This document shows positions 36,156-49,767 of a DNA stretch of 64,000 nucleotides, piece after piece; the stretch's first letter is position 1, and each line of letters begins with the position of its first letter. A model generated the notes under the pieces. That model was not told the origin of the DNA. It ran no database searches and saw nothing but the letters and a program-made list of their open reading frames with translations. The stretch is from assembly GCA_010909165.1 (NCBI GenBank), contig MU008175.1, forward strand, positions 1,128,971-1,192,970. Reading direction: 5' to 3'. The position numbers were made by a program, and so were the translations under genes. The DNA comes from Anthoceros angustus. Its lineage: Eukaryota > Plantae > Anthocerotophyta.

Positions 36156-37596
36156 ATTATGCTGGTCTCCCTTCTCCTCGACGGTGGAAGGCACGCAGGC
36201 TCGCTCCTGACGGCAGCCGGTGTCACAAGCTGATGAGCAAGGGGACGGGGACGGGGAGGCGCACCTCACAGTCGCCGGCGGCGGCGGCAAAGTTGAAGCG
36301 GAATGGCAGCCCGCCCCCGCCCCAATCCATCACCTCCTGCAGCTGCCCTCTGCTATCCTCTGCCCTGCTCTGCTTTGTGCGCTGCTACAAGGCTTGCAAC
36401 CGTTCCATGGAAGTCGGATCCAATCTTAAACAACACAAAAATTGTGCTACTGAATTCTTGCGCCTCCTGTTGCGCTTCGCCTGGGACCTCCTGATTGGCC
36501 AGGCGTACAGAAGGCATTTCCAGTCAAACGTTTGGGGCCTACAGCTTTGATGACATAGAATCGCGTGCGCGTTGGCGAAAACACACAGAAATCGTGGCCG
36601 CTGTCTCCCAGACCTTTCCAACATGACATCAACCCTAATCGGACATGGACAAGGTGCGACAAGGTGCTCGCTTTCTCCCAGAAGCAACTGCGGCAATGAA
36701 GCTGTGCATCGAGCGCGGGATTGGAGACATTCAACCAAAGGAAACGCAGGTGCCAGGGATTAGCAGAGATGCTGCTGGGCGGAACACGACATGACGTTCG
36801 CCAATGTGGACCGTGTTCTGTCGTTGTTTCGATGCGTCAGCTTCGATGCGTCAGCTCTGGAAGTTGTGATTGCACGAATGTAAGAAACAGGGCCAATTGA
36901 GCGGCATTCAGATCTCTGTCGATGCATCTTGGAGGACGTGTGAGTACGTAAGAGGCAGCACACACCTTTGGCCATGAACATGATCGTGCTGCAGTGATTG
37001 GTCGCTGGAGATGTTAGGCACCGTAAGGGTTGTGGCACATGTATGGAAAGCACGTAAGAGAGGAAACGAGAAATATCGGCTCGCATGCGTGAGTCTCACC
37101 GACTGTTGTGTGACATCGGGGTTGGATTATCAACATCTGATTATACAGGTGCACATAACTTTACTTTGATCTGCAACACAGCTCTAATTGACAGCGGGGT
37201 GTATTGCCTAACAACCGGGCTGCGAGGTTAGCGTGTGCCTAGAATTGAAACAATGAAATGGTCAGTATTCACATTTCTATTCGACCACAACAAGAGTTCT
37301 AAATATTTACACAGTTTGTATAGCTTCAGTATTGATGGCTCTGCTTTGCCCGGGTTGCGGGGGAACCTCGTCGTGGCTTGCCTCCGACCGCCTAGTGCCT
37401 ACTCACTGCAAGAGTGCAGGCCATGCATGACCTGCTTGCTCCACAGATGCTCGCTGCTCCACTGCCACACATTCAACCTCAATTTTTACGTCATGCGCAT
37501 TCAGTATACATTTTGGGCACACGTATTGACACCAGCATAATTACAGAGTCTTTTCAGACCCAACAATCAACTAGCCCTTCTCGTTTGCAGGAAGAG

Positions 37597-38474
37597 TCAC
37601 GGTAGGAAAGGATGATGGGGGGTGGAATCTGTCTTTTGCTTTTGGTATGCCCTGCAGACAGACACAAGCCCAGCCCTCAGTTTGGAACACAATTACGCAG
37701 AGGGGGGGCGGTAGACATAACCAGACTTGTATGCAATAGCTAACCTCTTGGCTCGATATGCACCTAGTGACACGGTGGTGAAAATCATGGCCACAAACGG
37801 AAGGCCCGCAAGGACGTAGTAAGCTCGGCTGCCCTTCCTTACCAGCCCGACTGGAGGTCTCCCACCTGGAAAACACGACAAAGATGATGATACCTCGCCT
37901 CCAAACACAGTTCACACGTCGGGGTCCAACACTCAACGAAAACCTTGCAAAGGTTCAGTGTCGAATGGAATTTGTTCCTTACCAGCAGCATATCCCCCTG
38001 CTGAATAAAACGAGCCAGACTTCCAAGCTGCATATGAAAGCACATTGAGCCGCCATCTGTAAGATCAAAGCAGGCAATAGAATAAATCCAAGAGCTACCT
38101 ACATACCTTTGTTGAGGCAGGTGTACGCTTCCGTAACCTGAACCCAAACATAATCTAGTCAGTTGAGCAAGGGAGAGACGTGTAGGCAAGCGGAGGAGAC
38201 GGAGTGAATGGAACAGACCTCTTTGAAAGCAGTTTCAGCCTCAAGCTTCTTATTGGGAGGTAAGAGATCCGGGTGACATTCCAGAGCTTTCTTCTTGTAC
38301 GCTTCCTTCACCTGTCGCAGACGACGAAACAGGCCAGGCAGGCACATGAGTACATCCCTGGATGCAGCACTCTCCCAACAGTCAGCACAGGTTTGCTCCT
38401 CTGAGAAGCTGTACCTCCTGCAGAGTGGCGCCGGGGAGAAGGCCTAGAACGGCTTTCGCATCATCCACATGCAT
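37597..38474 (-). CDS. Small DnaJ/J-domain protein with C-terminal TM segment; 6 exons
   Basis: Exons 38474-38415, 38311-38219, 38137-38107, 38027-37983, 37865-37745, 37651-37597. Reads AKAVLGL...VKEAYKKKALECHPD...AFKEVTEAY and ends RAYQKQK...HPFLP*. Confidence 0.9.
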
Positions 38475-41400
38475 CGCTCAATTCGGAGAACCAAAAATCC
38501 CTGTCCCAACGGCTCAGGGTTTCACAGACTTCCTGTTCGAAATTTGCTCCCTCTCACGAAAATCCTTCTCAACATCAATGGTGCGTCGAGCCACAGTTCC
38601 CAGCCTCTTCCTTATCCTTCCTGCCAAGCCAAGGAGCGCTATTCCAGGAAGACATACCGATCACGACCTGAGGACGTCCGCCATGCTCAGCTACGACAAG
38701 TTCGGGTGCCGTAGCTCCCGCCCTGATGAGCGCCCAAACAAAGCGCGAATCACAACCCTAGGCTCCTCGCCCTGCCGGGCTACGAGTCGAGCTTGCTGTG
38801 ACGTCGTCTCACCTAGGCTCCACCCTGTTCAGTAGTCACGACGAAGAACCGAGAGGGTACGGAAAGCCCTAAGAGTACGAAGGGCGTGGCCTGCCAAGTA
38901 CATACTGAAATTCCGTATATACGCGCATACTTGCTAATTGCAAGAAGAAGAAGAAGAGGTGATGTCGCGCCATGGCATGGCATTGCATGGCATTGCCTTC
39001 ATCGTCGCAGCCGCGGTGTTCACGCCCTGGGGTGGGGGTAGCAGCGGGAGCTGATGCAAGTTGCAGGTCCGAGGTGCGCGCATGCTCCATGTTTACGGAC
39101 TACGACCAGCGGAGAAATCATGGCATGCGGTGATTCCAAGCTAGTTGGCTCTGCCAGACAAGCATGCGCCAATGGCGAGGGAGCAATAGATTCATGTCTC
39201 CACCTCACCTGCTCCAGTTCCTAGCGTGGCATGAAGATCGGTTTCGTGGCCAGTCCGGTGTCATAGTTCTTGAGGTTTGCCAAACCCGGAGGTTCACCAG
39301 ATTCAAATTTGTCACCACTTCCAGATCTGAGTCCGAATTCCACTAGGTATGGAGCCAGGTTGGTCAATCTATGGCTGCGGACGAGTCAAGCTCCATGCGC
39401 AGGCGTGCCGCGAGGATCGGTGTTGGAGCCTATGCAGGCACGGCTTCAGATTTGGGAGTGCCGAGGTTTGCCAACAAGGGCGCCGTGAAAGATTTGGCCA
39501 CTTGCAACTTGGTGGCCTCGATATTTCCATCCAGGCCTCCGCGTGGTTGCGAAAGATTTGGTGTGCTCCCCGTGAGCAGGGCGTACCAACCCGACAGAAG
39601 GAGCACCAATCGGGGGGAAGAAACAGATCTCATGTACATGTGCTGGCGGCCGCGCGATAATTGCTTGGAGGGCTCCTTGGCATGTGATGCCCACGTTCTG
39701 CCCACATCCTCCCTTCATACGCAACTCACGACATGTAGGCCGGGAGCGGCGAGACATTGCCGTGCTGGCGGGGTGATTTGCGGCAAGGAGGCCTGGCCAT
39801 GTGAAGAGATCCATGTCCCATGTATATCACGTGAAGAGCATATATGTGCCTTGCCATGGTTGGAGCTCTCCTCCGGCCTTGTTGGTTTTGAGGTGCCAAA
39901 TCTTTGCTCCAGAAATGATCTGCTGCCAGGAACAAATCGACGTTGCACATGCAGGACGCGACACGCGCCGAGCTCACACAAGAAGTTTACTCTTGGTATT
40001 GCAGAGCTGCGAGCGGCTGAGCTGCCTGTCGGGGGTGTCTGATACTAATGGGGTGCCGCCTACGATGCCGCATAGACCGGGGTCAGGAATCTTCATTCGC
40101 TCCTTCAGCTCCGAAAGTATCTTTCTCGTCCAGGGCTTTTCGCGAAAAGGCATGTCCTTTCTCGTGCAGGGCTTTCCTGGCACAAGCCCAAACACTCCGC
40201 CCTCTTGTGTCTTCACTGCCATGTGTAATCTGTTGGCGACTTCCGAGGCGATCGCATGTGACCCACTATTATTTTGCAGGTGTGTATGTACATATGCAGT
40301 ACGAAGCCAGTCTGCAACATGTACACAATGCTTTCTCAGGTGTACGGCACAGGATGGATATCGAGATGCCGTTTAGGCCCTGATCTGCCGTATCGGATGG
40401 GGATTGGATTGCGTGTAAATGGCTCTTGGAGACGGGAATTATACTTCGTGGATTTGGATGCCAAAGTCATATCGATGAAGTCACGAGCTCGGGATGGGAA
40501 GACCCGAAGTGGAACTCGCTATGAGGTGTGATAGGTCTCGGCTCACCAATGGGGAGTGAGATCCGCTGATATGGCTGGAGAAGCAGAAAAGCCGTCAAAT
40601 GGGTTGCGCAAACACACAGAAAAGGAAAGGTGTTTGTCGGGTGAAATCTGCCTTCTGCTCTTGGTACGCCCTGCAAAGGCAGGCCCAGCCTTCAGCTTGG
40701 AACACAAGCATGAAGACGGGGGGAGGGGAGACGGTAGACATAACGGGACTTGTACGTAATAGCTAACCTCTTGGCTCGATATGCACCAAATGACACGGTG
40801 GTGAAACTCATGGCCACAAACGGAAGGCCCGCACGGAGGTAGTGGATCGTGAGCTTCTTAATCAGCCCGGCTGGGAGTCTCCCACCTGTAAAACACGACA
40901 AAGCTGATGATAACTCGCCTCCAAATGGTTCACACCTCGGGGTTCGAACAACACTGAACGAATACCTTGCAAGGTTCAGTGTCGAAAGGAGTTCCATACC
41001 ACCCTGCTGGGAAAAACGAGCCAGACTTCCAGGCTGCATACGAAAGCACATTGAGCCGCGCCGTCTGTAAGATGAAAACAAGCAGTAGAATGAATCGAAG
41101 AGCTACCTACATACCCTTGTTGAGGCAGGTGTATAATCAGAGCAGACAAGGGAGAGACATGTAGACAGGTGGACGAGAAAAGAGCGAAGGAACAGACCTC
41201 TTCGAAAGCAGTTTCAGCCTCAAGCTTCTTCTTGGGAGGTAAGAGATCCGGGAGACGTTCCACGACTTTCTTCTTGTAGGCTTCCTTCGGCTGTAGGAGA
41301 CAAAAGAAACAGGCCTAGGCCAGTCAGGCACATGTATACAACCCCGGATGCAGCAGCCTCCGGATCCCAACAATCAGCACAGTTTTGCTCTTCTGAGAAG

Positions 41401-43490
41401 CTGTACCAGCTGTAGCGTGGGGCCGGGGAGAAGGCCTAGAATGGCTTTAGTTATTATCATCATCCACATGCATCGCTCATTTCAGAGAGGCAATAACCCT
41501 GTGTCCCACCGGCCCAGGGCTTCACAGACTTCCTGTTCGAAAGATGCTCCCCCTCACCAGAATCCGCCTCAAATTTAATGATGCGCCGAGGCACAATTTC
41601 GGATCCCAGCCTCTTCCTCATCCTCCCTGCCAAGCCAAGGACATACCGATCACGACCCAAGGACGTCAGCCATGCTCGGCTACGACAAGTGCAGGAGTCG
41701 TGGCTGCCGCTCAACTCCATCCCTGACGAGCTCCCAGAGCGAGAATCGCAACCCTCCCTTGCTGTGACGTCGTCGGAGGCGAGCGCTCTCCAGTTCGCTC
41801 GCTGGTGACGACGAAGAAGCGAAAGTGTACGGAGAGCCCTAACTACTTGCCGTCGCAGCGGCGGTGTTGGTAGTGCTTGCGGGTGACGAACTGGAGCGGG
41901 CCGAGCGGGAGGCTGAGCTGATGCAAGTTGCAGGTCCAAGTTGCGCGCACGCTCACCAATGTTTTCGGACTCCGACGGCGGACAAATCGTGGCATGCGGG
42001 TGGTTCCAAGCTACTTGGCATTGCCAGTCAAGCATGCGCCAATGGCGAGGCAGCAACAGATACGGGACTCCACCTCACCTGCTCAAGTTCCTGGCGTGGC
42101 ACGAAGATCGGTGCTGTGGCCAGTCCGCATGGATGTAGGGACTGGCGGATTAGGGTTTGCCAACCCGGGAGTGTGAACAGATATCGTGACGATTCCATGA
42201 GCCAGTTACGGTGGCCAATCTGCGGCTCCGAAAGAGTTCAACTCCACGTCAAGTGTGGCTGCGAAGGCGGGCCGCGAGGATCGGTGTCGGAGCCTATCCG
42301 GCCATGGCTTCAGATTTGGCAGTGCCGAGGTTTGCCAGTGAGAGCGCCGTGAAAGATCTGAGCACTTGCAAAGCAGGTGGCTTCGATATTTCCATCCCCG
42401 CCAATGGCGTGGTCGCGAAAGATATGTTGTCCTCCACGTGAGCAGCTGCAGCAATCGGAGGCAAGAAACAGATCCCATGTCCATGTGCCGGCAAGGGTGA
42501 TCTGCGGGCGAGGAGAGGATGGCCATGTGAAGAGATCCATGTCCCCCCGTGTAGCACGTGAAGAGCCTATCTGCCTCGCCACGGTTGGAGCTCTGTCTTT
42601 CGTTATACCTGTTGTGCAGCTTTTGAGTTTTGCGGAGTTGGCCAAATGGTTTGGTGCAGGGAATGATCATCTGCCAGGAACACGAGTGACATGTGCACAT
42701 GCACCTGGCCAAACTGAAGAGAAGTTTACACTTGGGAGCGACTCCGACTCCAGCAGCTCAGCGGGCCGGGCCGGGCCGGGCCCGGCCCGGCCCGGCGGGT
42801 GTGTCTCTTCTGAGGTGATGCCTGGCATGCCGCATAGACCGCTTGGCCACACCCACCGCCAGAGCTTGTTCAAGGAGTGTGGGGTCCCGACGGGGCCAGG
42901 AATCTCCACCTTCTTTGCGGCTGTAAAAGCACCTTTGTGGTGCAGGGCTTTCCTGGTGCAGGGCTTTCCGGGTCCAGCGCTTGCCTGGTGCCGGCCGGCA
43001 ACGAGTACGCAATCCGTTGGCGAGCTGGAAGGAGGATGGGCACCTATGTATGTACAAGCTTTTGCAGGTGTGTTACTATTACAGACCAGCTATAGTGACA
43101 AATCCGTACGCAACCCGTTTGCAGCACGTACACAGTCCGCTTGCAGGTGTACGGCACAGGGGACGTATGTACTGTATGGTGATCTGCTGGGATGGGATGG
43201 GATTAAGTGGGGGCGCTTGGATCATGTTTGGATAGCAGGCCCGATTTGGTCACCCAGGGGATTTGATATGTACATATGTACATAGTTATACCTACCCAAC
43301 CCAGCCTCGGTCCCGGCCGGCGGGCATGGGATGAGCATGAGCTGCTGCCTGCAACATCCTATCCCTGGAAACGGGAAAGTGGCGAGCTGGGGAAGGGAAG
43401 ACCCTGAGTGGAAGTCGCATCGTCGTGGATTGGTCCCGAGCAGCCAATCGGGAGTGAAGAGGCCCGCTATTGTGGCGGAGAAGCAGTGGC
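37600..43490. repeat. Diverged tandem segmental duplication of ~2.9-3.0 kb (unit 1 ~37600-40590, unit 2 ~40600-43490)
   Basis: Colinear homology across the DnaJ exons and introns and the following ~2 kb, e.g. caagcatgcgccaatggcgagg at ~39159 and ~42029, and caggtgtacggcacagg at ~40337 and ~43144. Confidence 0.9.
40610..41473 (-). pseudogene. Pseudogenised duplicate of the J-domain gene
   Basis: An insertion after MHVDD gives MHVDDDNN*, HPD is changed to LPD, and the exon-3 acceptor region is deleted. Confidence 0.85.
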
Positions 43491-43596
43491 AGGCTTTACG
43501 TGGGGCGTGAGCGGTTGTTAAACGGAGTCGCCGAGCCACACGTCAGGCGGGAGGATGTAGTTATATTATTGTTGGCACCAACTTGGAGTCGGACGC

Positions 43597-43602
43597 TATA
43601 TA
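43597..43602 (+). promoter_or_regulatory. TATA box upstream of the LBD gene
   Basis: cTATATAg ~105 bp upstream of the ATG at 43704, in a GC-rich context. Confidence 0.45.
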
Positions 43603-43703
43603 GCAGGGGAAGCGGGAAGCGGGAAGCGGGGAGGCGGGGAGGCGGGTATTGGCCCGCCGCTCCGCCTTGTTCGATGCCGGTAATCGCTGCGGTACGGCTC
43701 GCC

Positions 43704-45089
43704 ATGGCCCGTGGGGCCGTGCGCCGGATTAAGTACATACGGTGGGAGACAGCCTTTCCAGCCTCCGCCCGCCGAGCATCTGACGTCGCTACCCTTTCCG
43801 CTTCCGCCGAGGGTCTTCGTTTGCAAGTGTGGGCGGCCGTGGTGGGCGCTTGGCGGTGCCAGCCAGCGAGCGAGCAGGCGAGCAGGCGAGCAGGCGGGCA
43901 GGCGAGCGAGGCAACGGAGGGTGGAGGGCGCAGGGTGTTGGCTGCCGGTGTGGGGTGTGGGGTGTGGCTGGTGTGGGCGTGAAGGCGCGGGCGCGTGTTG
44001 TTTGGCTGAGGCGGGAGGTCCCTTTCTTCAACCCTGGCCCAGGCGCAGGCTCAGATCCAGGCCCAGGCCAAGACCCAGGCCCAGGCCCAGTCCCAGGCCC
44101 AGTCCCAGGCCCAGGCCCAGGCAGGCGCCCAGATGCCAAACGCTTCCAATGGCACCTCGCCATGCGCAGCTTGCAAGCTGCTGCGGCGGAGGTGCGCGCC
44201 GAGTGCGTGTTCGCGCCGCACTTCCCCGCGGAGCAGCCGCACAAGTTCGCCATTGTGCACCGGTGTTCGGGGCCAGCAACATCAACAAGATGCTGCAGGA
44301 CCTGGCGGCGGACCAGCGCGCCGACGCCGTGAGCAGCCTGGTGTACGAGGCGGAGGCCAGGTTCCGCGACCCCGTGTACGGCTGCGCGGGGCCATCGCGT
44401 CGCTGCAGCAGCAGGTGGCGCAGCTGCAGGTGCAGCTGGCGCTGGCGCAGGCGGAGACGGTGTATGCAAGGATGCAGCAGGCGCCGGCGGTCACCAACGC
44501 CTCTCACCTCAGCGTCGGCTCCAACAAGGCGCCCGCCCTCACGGTGGGCGTGGCGCTGGATCACGTCGGGCTGCAGCGGGCTCAGGGCGCCGCGGATTTG
44601 GACCTGGCGCTCGACTGCGTCTCGCCCTCGCCGTTTCCGATTGCCTGCAAGAAGGAGAAGCCGACGCTGGGGTACAGGGAGCTAGCCGCGCCGGCGCCGG
44701 CGCCCGCCAGGGACAACGGGGGTTGCGCTGCCGCCGCTGCCGCTGCCGCTGCCGCTGCCGCTGCCGCAGCCGCAGCCGCGGATCTCATGTGCCTGCCCGA
44801 CCACCCGGCCACTTCCGCGGCCTTGGCCGCCCGGGACCACGCCAAGGATGCGGTCCTGCTGCACCCCATCTCGCTCAGCGTGGTGCGCAACAATTTCATG
44901 CTTCCTAGCGATGCCTCCCCATTTTCTGTGGACTCTGTGATGGAGCTCGGGGACATGGACATGGACGCCTCCATCAACTCCATTAACCAGATGTCGCCGC
45001 CCACGCCGCCTGGCTCTCCGGACCTCCTCAGTCCTTTCTCCAAGCCCATGTTCCAAACAAGTTTTGCTTTGGGCGCCACGCTCTGGTGA
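43704..45089 (+). CDS. LBD: Class I LOB-domain transcription factor with QA-repeat N-terminus and poly-Ala tract
   Basis: PCAACKLLRRRC..ECVFAPHFP...KFAIVHRVFGASN..KML...RADAVSSLVYEAEAR.RDPVYGC.GAI..LQQQV, read across three 1-nt shifts. The short first exon (MARGAVRRIK) is tentative. Confidence 0.88.
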
Positions 45090-45518
45090 TATTTAGTCTC
45101 TTCTCTTTCCCTCCTTTCTCCCAAACCTCCTTGTACAAATTCTGCTTGCACCCATGCAAACGGGTTGCCTTGTAACATTACAATAAAAGCGTCAGGGGCT
45201 CCGCTATCCCCTTGTTCTACATAGGCCCACAATCATCCTCAATTGCTCAAATTCGTCATCCGCTTGTCCCTCGTGTGAACTGCTTTCCTCACTGGGAATT
45301 CTTCGCTGTTTAGGCAAGGTGGATCATGTTGTGATCAGATCCGTCACAGTTTCGTCATCATCATTTTCCTATTTCAATTGGGGGTATGCTCACGACAACT
45401 GAACTTCTGATGACATGTCCGTGATGCTTTATTACCGATGCCTTGCTTTGCGAGCACTGTAATGAGCCTGCCGGAACTTTGGCTAACACCCAAAAAAAAA
45501 CTTCCATACTGCAGGGCA

Positions 45519-47866
45519 TCACGCAGCCTTTGTGTCTGGCTCCTTTTTGGAAGGGGATGACTTCACTCTCGAGTAAGCAAACACCCCCGACAATGCCAAC
45601 CCCGTCCCTGCAATTTTCACCAGGAGGACCCAACCCAGCCCGGACCGAGTCAGTCAGGGCCTGCCATGCGACAAACTCTGAGAGGAAGGACGCAACACAG
45701 CAAATGCGTCAGCCAGAGACAAGAGTACCTAAGGCGTTTATTGGAGACACCGGAGTCCTGAAAAAGATAACTGATGTGACGATGACAACCACCCGCTTCA
45801 CACAGTTCCCGACCGAATGAGTTACAGGAGTAACCCTTTGTAGGATCATGTATGAAACCTGAGACATCACTCATTAGTCTTCCACATCCATTACGACAAA
45901 ACTTCGCAAGGTCTGCAGCCCAGAAAAATGAAACATATGAATCTGTCAGAGCAATAACTGTACCTGCTGATATGAATGGAAGCAAATACCCGCAAGGAGT
46001 GCGCGTGTGATGACAACTTTCACGTCCAGACCCTGTTCCACATCACCAACATGAGCATTTTCTGAGATGCCGATGCCTGTCTGCTTCACTCAGCGGCTCT
46101 CCCATTTCAGTACCACAAGACCATTCAATTTCCCCTCTACCCAAGTAGTCATGTTCAATCTTACCGCTGATGCCAAAGCAGCAGGGGTAAACTTGACTCC
46201 TTCCAGGAAAAGGGTGGCAGGTGCCAGCAGGAATAGAGAGAGAATTGTTATCACCGAAAATAGATTGATGTTATCCAGAGAACCCTGAAATCACGAGCCA
46301 TCCAATGAAGTTTGTCTAGCATGCTTTGCTTGCACACTGTTGCCTTGTCGCATTCATGTCAGGAGCACAGATCAGTGCTTCACTGAATAAAGCAGTGCAA
46401 AAGCTCAGATCTCCTCTTGGATCTCATAAGGCTTTGCACTGCTATGTTCACTTGCAAATAAGCAAAGCAGGGGAATGCGTACCTCCTTTTTCACCATCAA
46501 CTTCTTACTTAGGACGTTTCGAGACTGAAAGGTCACATTTGATGCCATAGCACTCAAAAAGCCGATCCTGCAATTCCGTTTTACACTTATTGAAGTGAGC
46601 TCCAATTACCACTGAGCCACAGTCAACCGGCCTCCTTGAGAACTTCAAAACATGATCCGAGCTGGTTTACCAGTTGAATGATGCTTCGGTCAAGGATGCC
46701 AAGGCAACTCCACCAACTATTGGTACCAGGGTAGCAATTACCAAAGGATCTGGGTTCTGGAAGCCAAAGTCTGTCAGGAGTCAGGACGCCGTGCAGAAGA
46801 ATGTGATGACATGGCATGATCAACAAGGGAGATCAGAATCTGGAAGATTTCACAGAGTGCAGACAAACAAAACTCCACAGCTCATGTTGACCGAACAACA
46901 TGAGCTTCAGGTACTTAAAACATGGCTTCAGGTAGTTAAGACTTACAGCACCCAAGAAAAGCGACGACAACAGCACTGAGAAGAACGGCTCCATAGCCTT
47001 GATGGTGTGTGTAAAGGACACAGCAACTTTGCCAAGACTCATGTTCGTGAAAAGATTGCCCAGAGTATGGACGAGAGCCAAGGGAAGAATTGCAAAAATC
47101 TGCAATGGGAAAAGTCGCAAGAACGATCTGTGTCAAAACTTGTTGTGAAACAAAAGCCAGTCCCCAACAGCAACCTTGGTGAACAACACTGGGCGAGCAC
47201 AGACGAGCTGTACCTGCTCCTTTTTCAACGAGGGCCGCTTATGAAGGCCCAGAGTCCATGTCACCAACACTATGGCTGTTCCGACGGCAAACTGAAGAGA
47301 AGTAATGGTGACTGGATATGGGAACACTTTCAAAACCTGCAAGAATAATGCCGGCATTGTCTCACATGCACCCAACAAATTCAACTCTGGCGTCAGAAAT
47401 CTTCACCCAAGACGAACATGACCCACACCTGCTTGTTATAAATGTTGAAGTAGATGTTGAACAGGTACCACAGGCCGAAGAGGGATCCGAGCTGCACGGT
47501 CTTGACAAGCTCGGCGGGCTCAGCAACCTCACCCCCAATTCCGGTCTGGGCCTGGCTCTCCCCGTCTCCGGCAGCAGCAGCAGCCGCCACGACCACCACA
47601 TGCCGAGCCTTGTGCTGCCTCGACCCGAGCTTGACGATCTTCAGCTGGGAACAGCCTGGAAAGAGGGCAGAGAGGTTGCGCCAGGGCACGGCAGCTGCGC
47701 CCTTCCTGCCCAGAAGCGAGACAGACACCGAGTGCTGCTGGCCCCGCCCAAACGGGCCCGCATTGGGCAGCCGGGCCAAGAGCACGGATCTAGTCCGGGA
47801 TGCCTGCCCCAAGCCGGCAACACCCACACATCTGGGCAAAACACCGATTCTCACCGCCGTGTCCAT
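45519..47866 (-). CDS. PPT: Plastid phosphoenolpyruvate/phosphate translocator; 9 exons
   Basis: Exons 47866-47429, 47336-47214, 47099-46947, 46756-46671, 46567-46483, 46284-46165, 46032-45964, 45858-45729, 45607-45519. Motifs: [53 protein letters not shown]. Confidence 0.95.
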
Positions 47867-48356
47867 GGCCGCATCCAGACCCTGCCAATTCAGCGCCCTG
47901 AACACAGCCAGACACGCGACCACAGGCAGCCACACTAGCTCATGAGCGTCCGGCAGTCTGCTCCAATTCTTTCCCAGCTCCCCGAAATGACACAGCACAT
48001 ACAGTGTTCCGCAGTAGGCGAACAAGAATGGTTCCCAGACAAGGATCTCAACGTCACGCTTGATGCCACAGCATGTGCACTGTGCACTGTGCGCAGCTCG
48101 CCGTTTCAAATGAGACGAAGAATTCGCGGAGCCAATGCCACTCGACGAAGAACAGGGACTTTGGAAGGTGGAAGTTACTAAGCTTGATATTTTTGTTTTT
48201 TTCTTGTGAACTTTGTAAAGGGCGAGTATAAAGTCCCTTACGAATGAATAGCTAGGTTTTGCTCCACTCAGTCCAACGCGGAGGCGTGGCCGTCATCTCA
48301 CAGTGGGGCTTCGAACTTTGCCCCGCCGGAGCCGTTGCTGTTGTCAGGTCGGGGCG

Positions 48357-49136
48357 ATGAGGCTCGAGAAGTGCTGGTTTTGCTCTTCCACTGTCTATCC
48401 AGGGCATGGCATGATGTACGTGCGGAACGATGCTAAGGTACGGTGTTCGTTGAGCTTCGGAATCCTAGTCATGCTATCGGATTGCTTGCCGCTCATCGTT
48501 GATGTTGGATCTTCGGCAATGGCAGGTTTTCCGGTTTTGTCGATCAAAATGTCACAAGAACTTTAAGATGAAGAGGAATCCTCGGAAAGTGAAGTGGACC
48601 AAGGCTTACAGGAAGCTGCACAACAAGGACCTGGTTCAGGTGTGCGGATTGAAACTGTGGTTTTTGATTTGGTGTGTTTCAGCCTGTGGTGCGTGTTTGG
48701 CTGATTCTTGGAATTGGACATGCAGGATGCTACTTTTGAGCTGGAGCGGAGGAGGAATAGGCCGGAGAGATATGACAGAAACGTGTTGGAGAACACTATG
48801 AAGGCGGTGAAGAAGATTGCTGAGGTCCGGGAGAAACGGCAAGCGAAGTTCTGGGAGAACAGGTTTGTCTTTGCTTGTATTTTCATTATTTATTCTCGCA
48901 ACTCTTTTTTCAGCAGAAGCTGGATCTATGCGTGCTTTTGGGTATGCAGGATGAAGGGCAAGGCGGCAAAAGAAAGGAAAGAAGCAGCAGTGGAGTTGGA
49001 GCAGGGCATCCATTTGGTTAAGGCTCCTCTTGCTATGGCAGCGGAGCCTGGGCTGACCCTGCCAACCATCCCAGAAAAGATGAAGGTGAAGGTGCAGTAT
49101 GGAAAAGACCAGGATGTCCGGCAGATGGAAAGCTGA
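48357..49136 (+). CDS. RLP24: Ribosome biogenesis protein RLP24 (eL24 paralog); 4 exons
   Basis: Exons 48357-48437, 48526-48639, 48726-48862, 48950-49136. [18 protein letters not shown]...[28 protein letters not shown]. Confidence 0.96.
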
Positions 49137-49767
49137 TTGTACTGCGGGACGGGGGAATCCCGCTGAGCTGTTCCCTCGAGGCGGCGAAGTTGCCTCCGTT
49201 TTTGACCAAGTGGATTGCGCAAGCCATGTCAAGACGGTATTATCGGCTGTGACAGGAGTTGTCTTGGGTTTCCTTAGAATCCTCTGTTAAGCAAACTTTG
49301 GTCTTGCTTTCGAGGCTTTGAGCAATGCACCCTCTAATTTGGATGGTTAGCCTCCAGTGTGGGGTGCGCCAAATGACTTAAATGAGACGCTGTGTTCCTC
49401 TCACAGTTCACCACGTACATAGGTACCCATCTTTGCGGCTGTTTTCTGATGTGTCTGTGGAAGGACTAGGGCTGTAATATCATAATTATCTTTTATCACA
49501 GACTCATAAAACAGAATGACAGGCACGTCCATATCAGTTACATGTTCCCGGAGTTGTGGGGTAGTGAACTATCTGGAACGTGTGGGGCTAGTTGGATTGT
49601 GGTCTCGTGAAATAGCTGGGGGCCTGCAGCGGCAGGTCTGCCCGAGTCTCTCAATCGTATCGTGGGCTGGCGATTTTCCGGGTCATACAATGTGAAGGAC
49701 CCACTCCACTAGTTGAGCCCGTGGCTTCACGTAAGTCTACTGGTGTACTAGCTTCGTAGTGAGAGAA

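Noticed and set aside
36200-37550. Candidate small gene divergent from METTL18
   Set aside because: No consistent exon chain or known motif could be assembled.
41050-41063. Partial miR171-like match (attgagccgcgcc)
   Set aside because: Only 13 nt match, no hairpin partner is visible, it lies in a J-gene intron, and it is absent from the duplicate copy.
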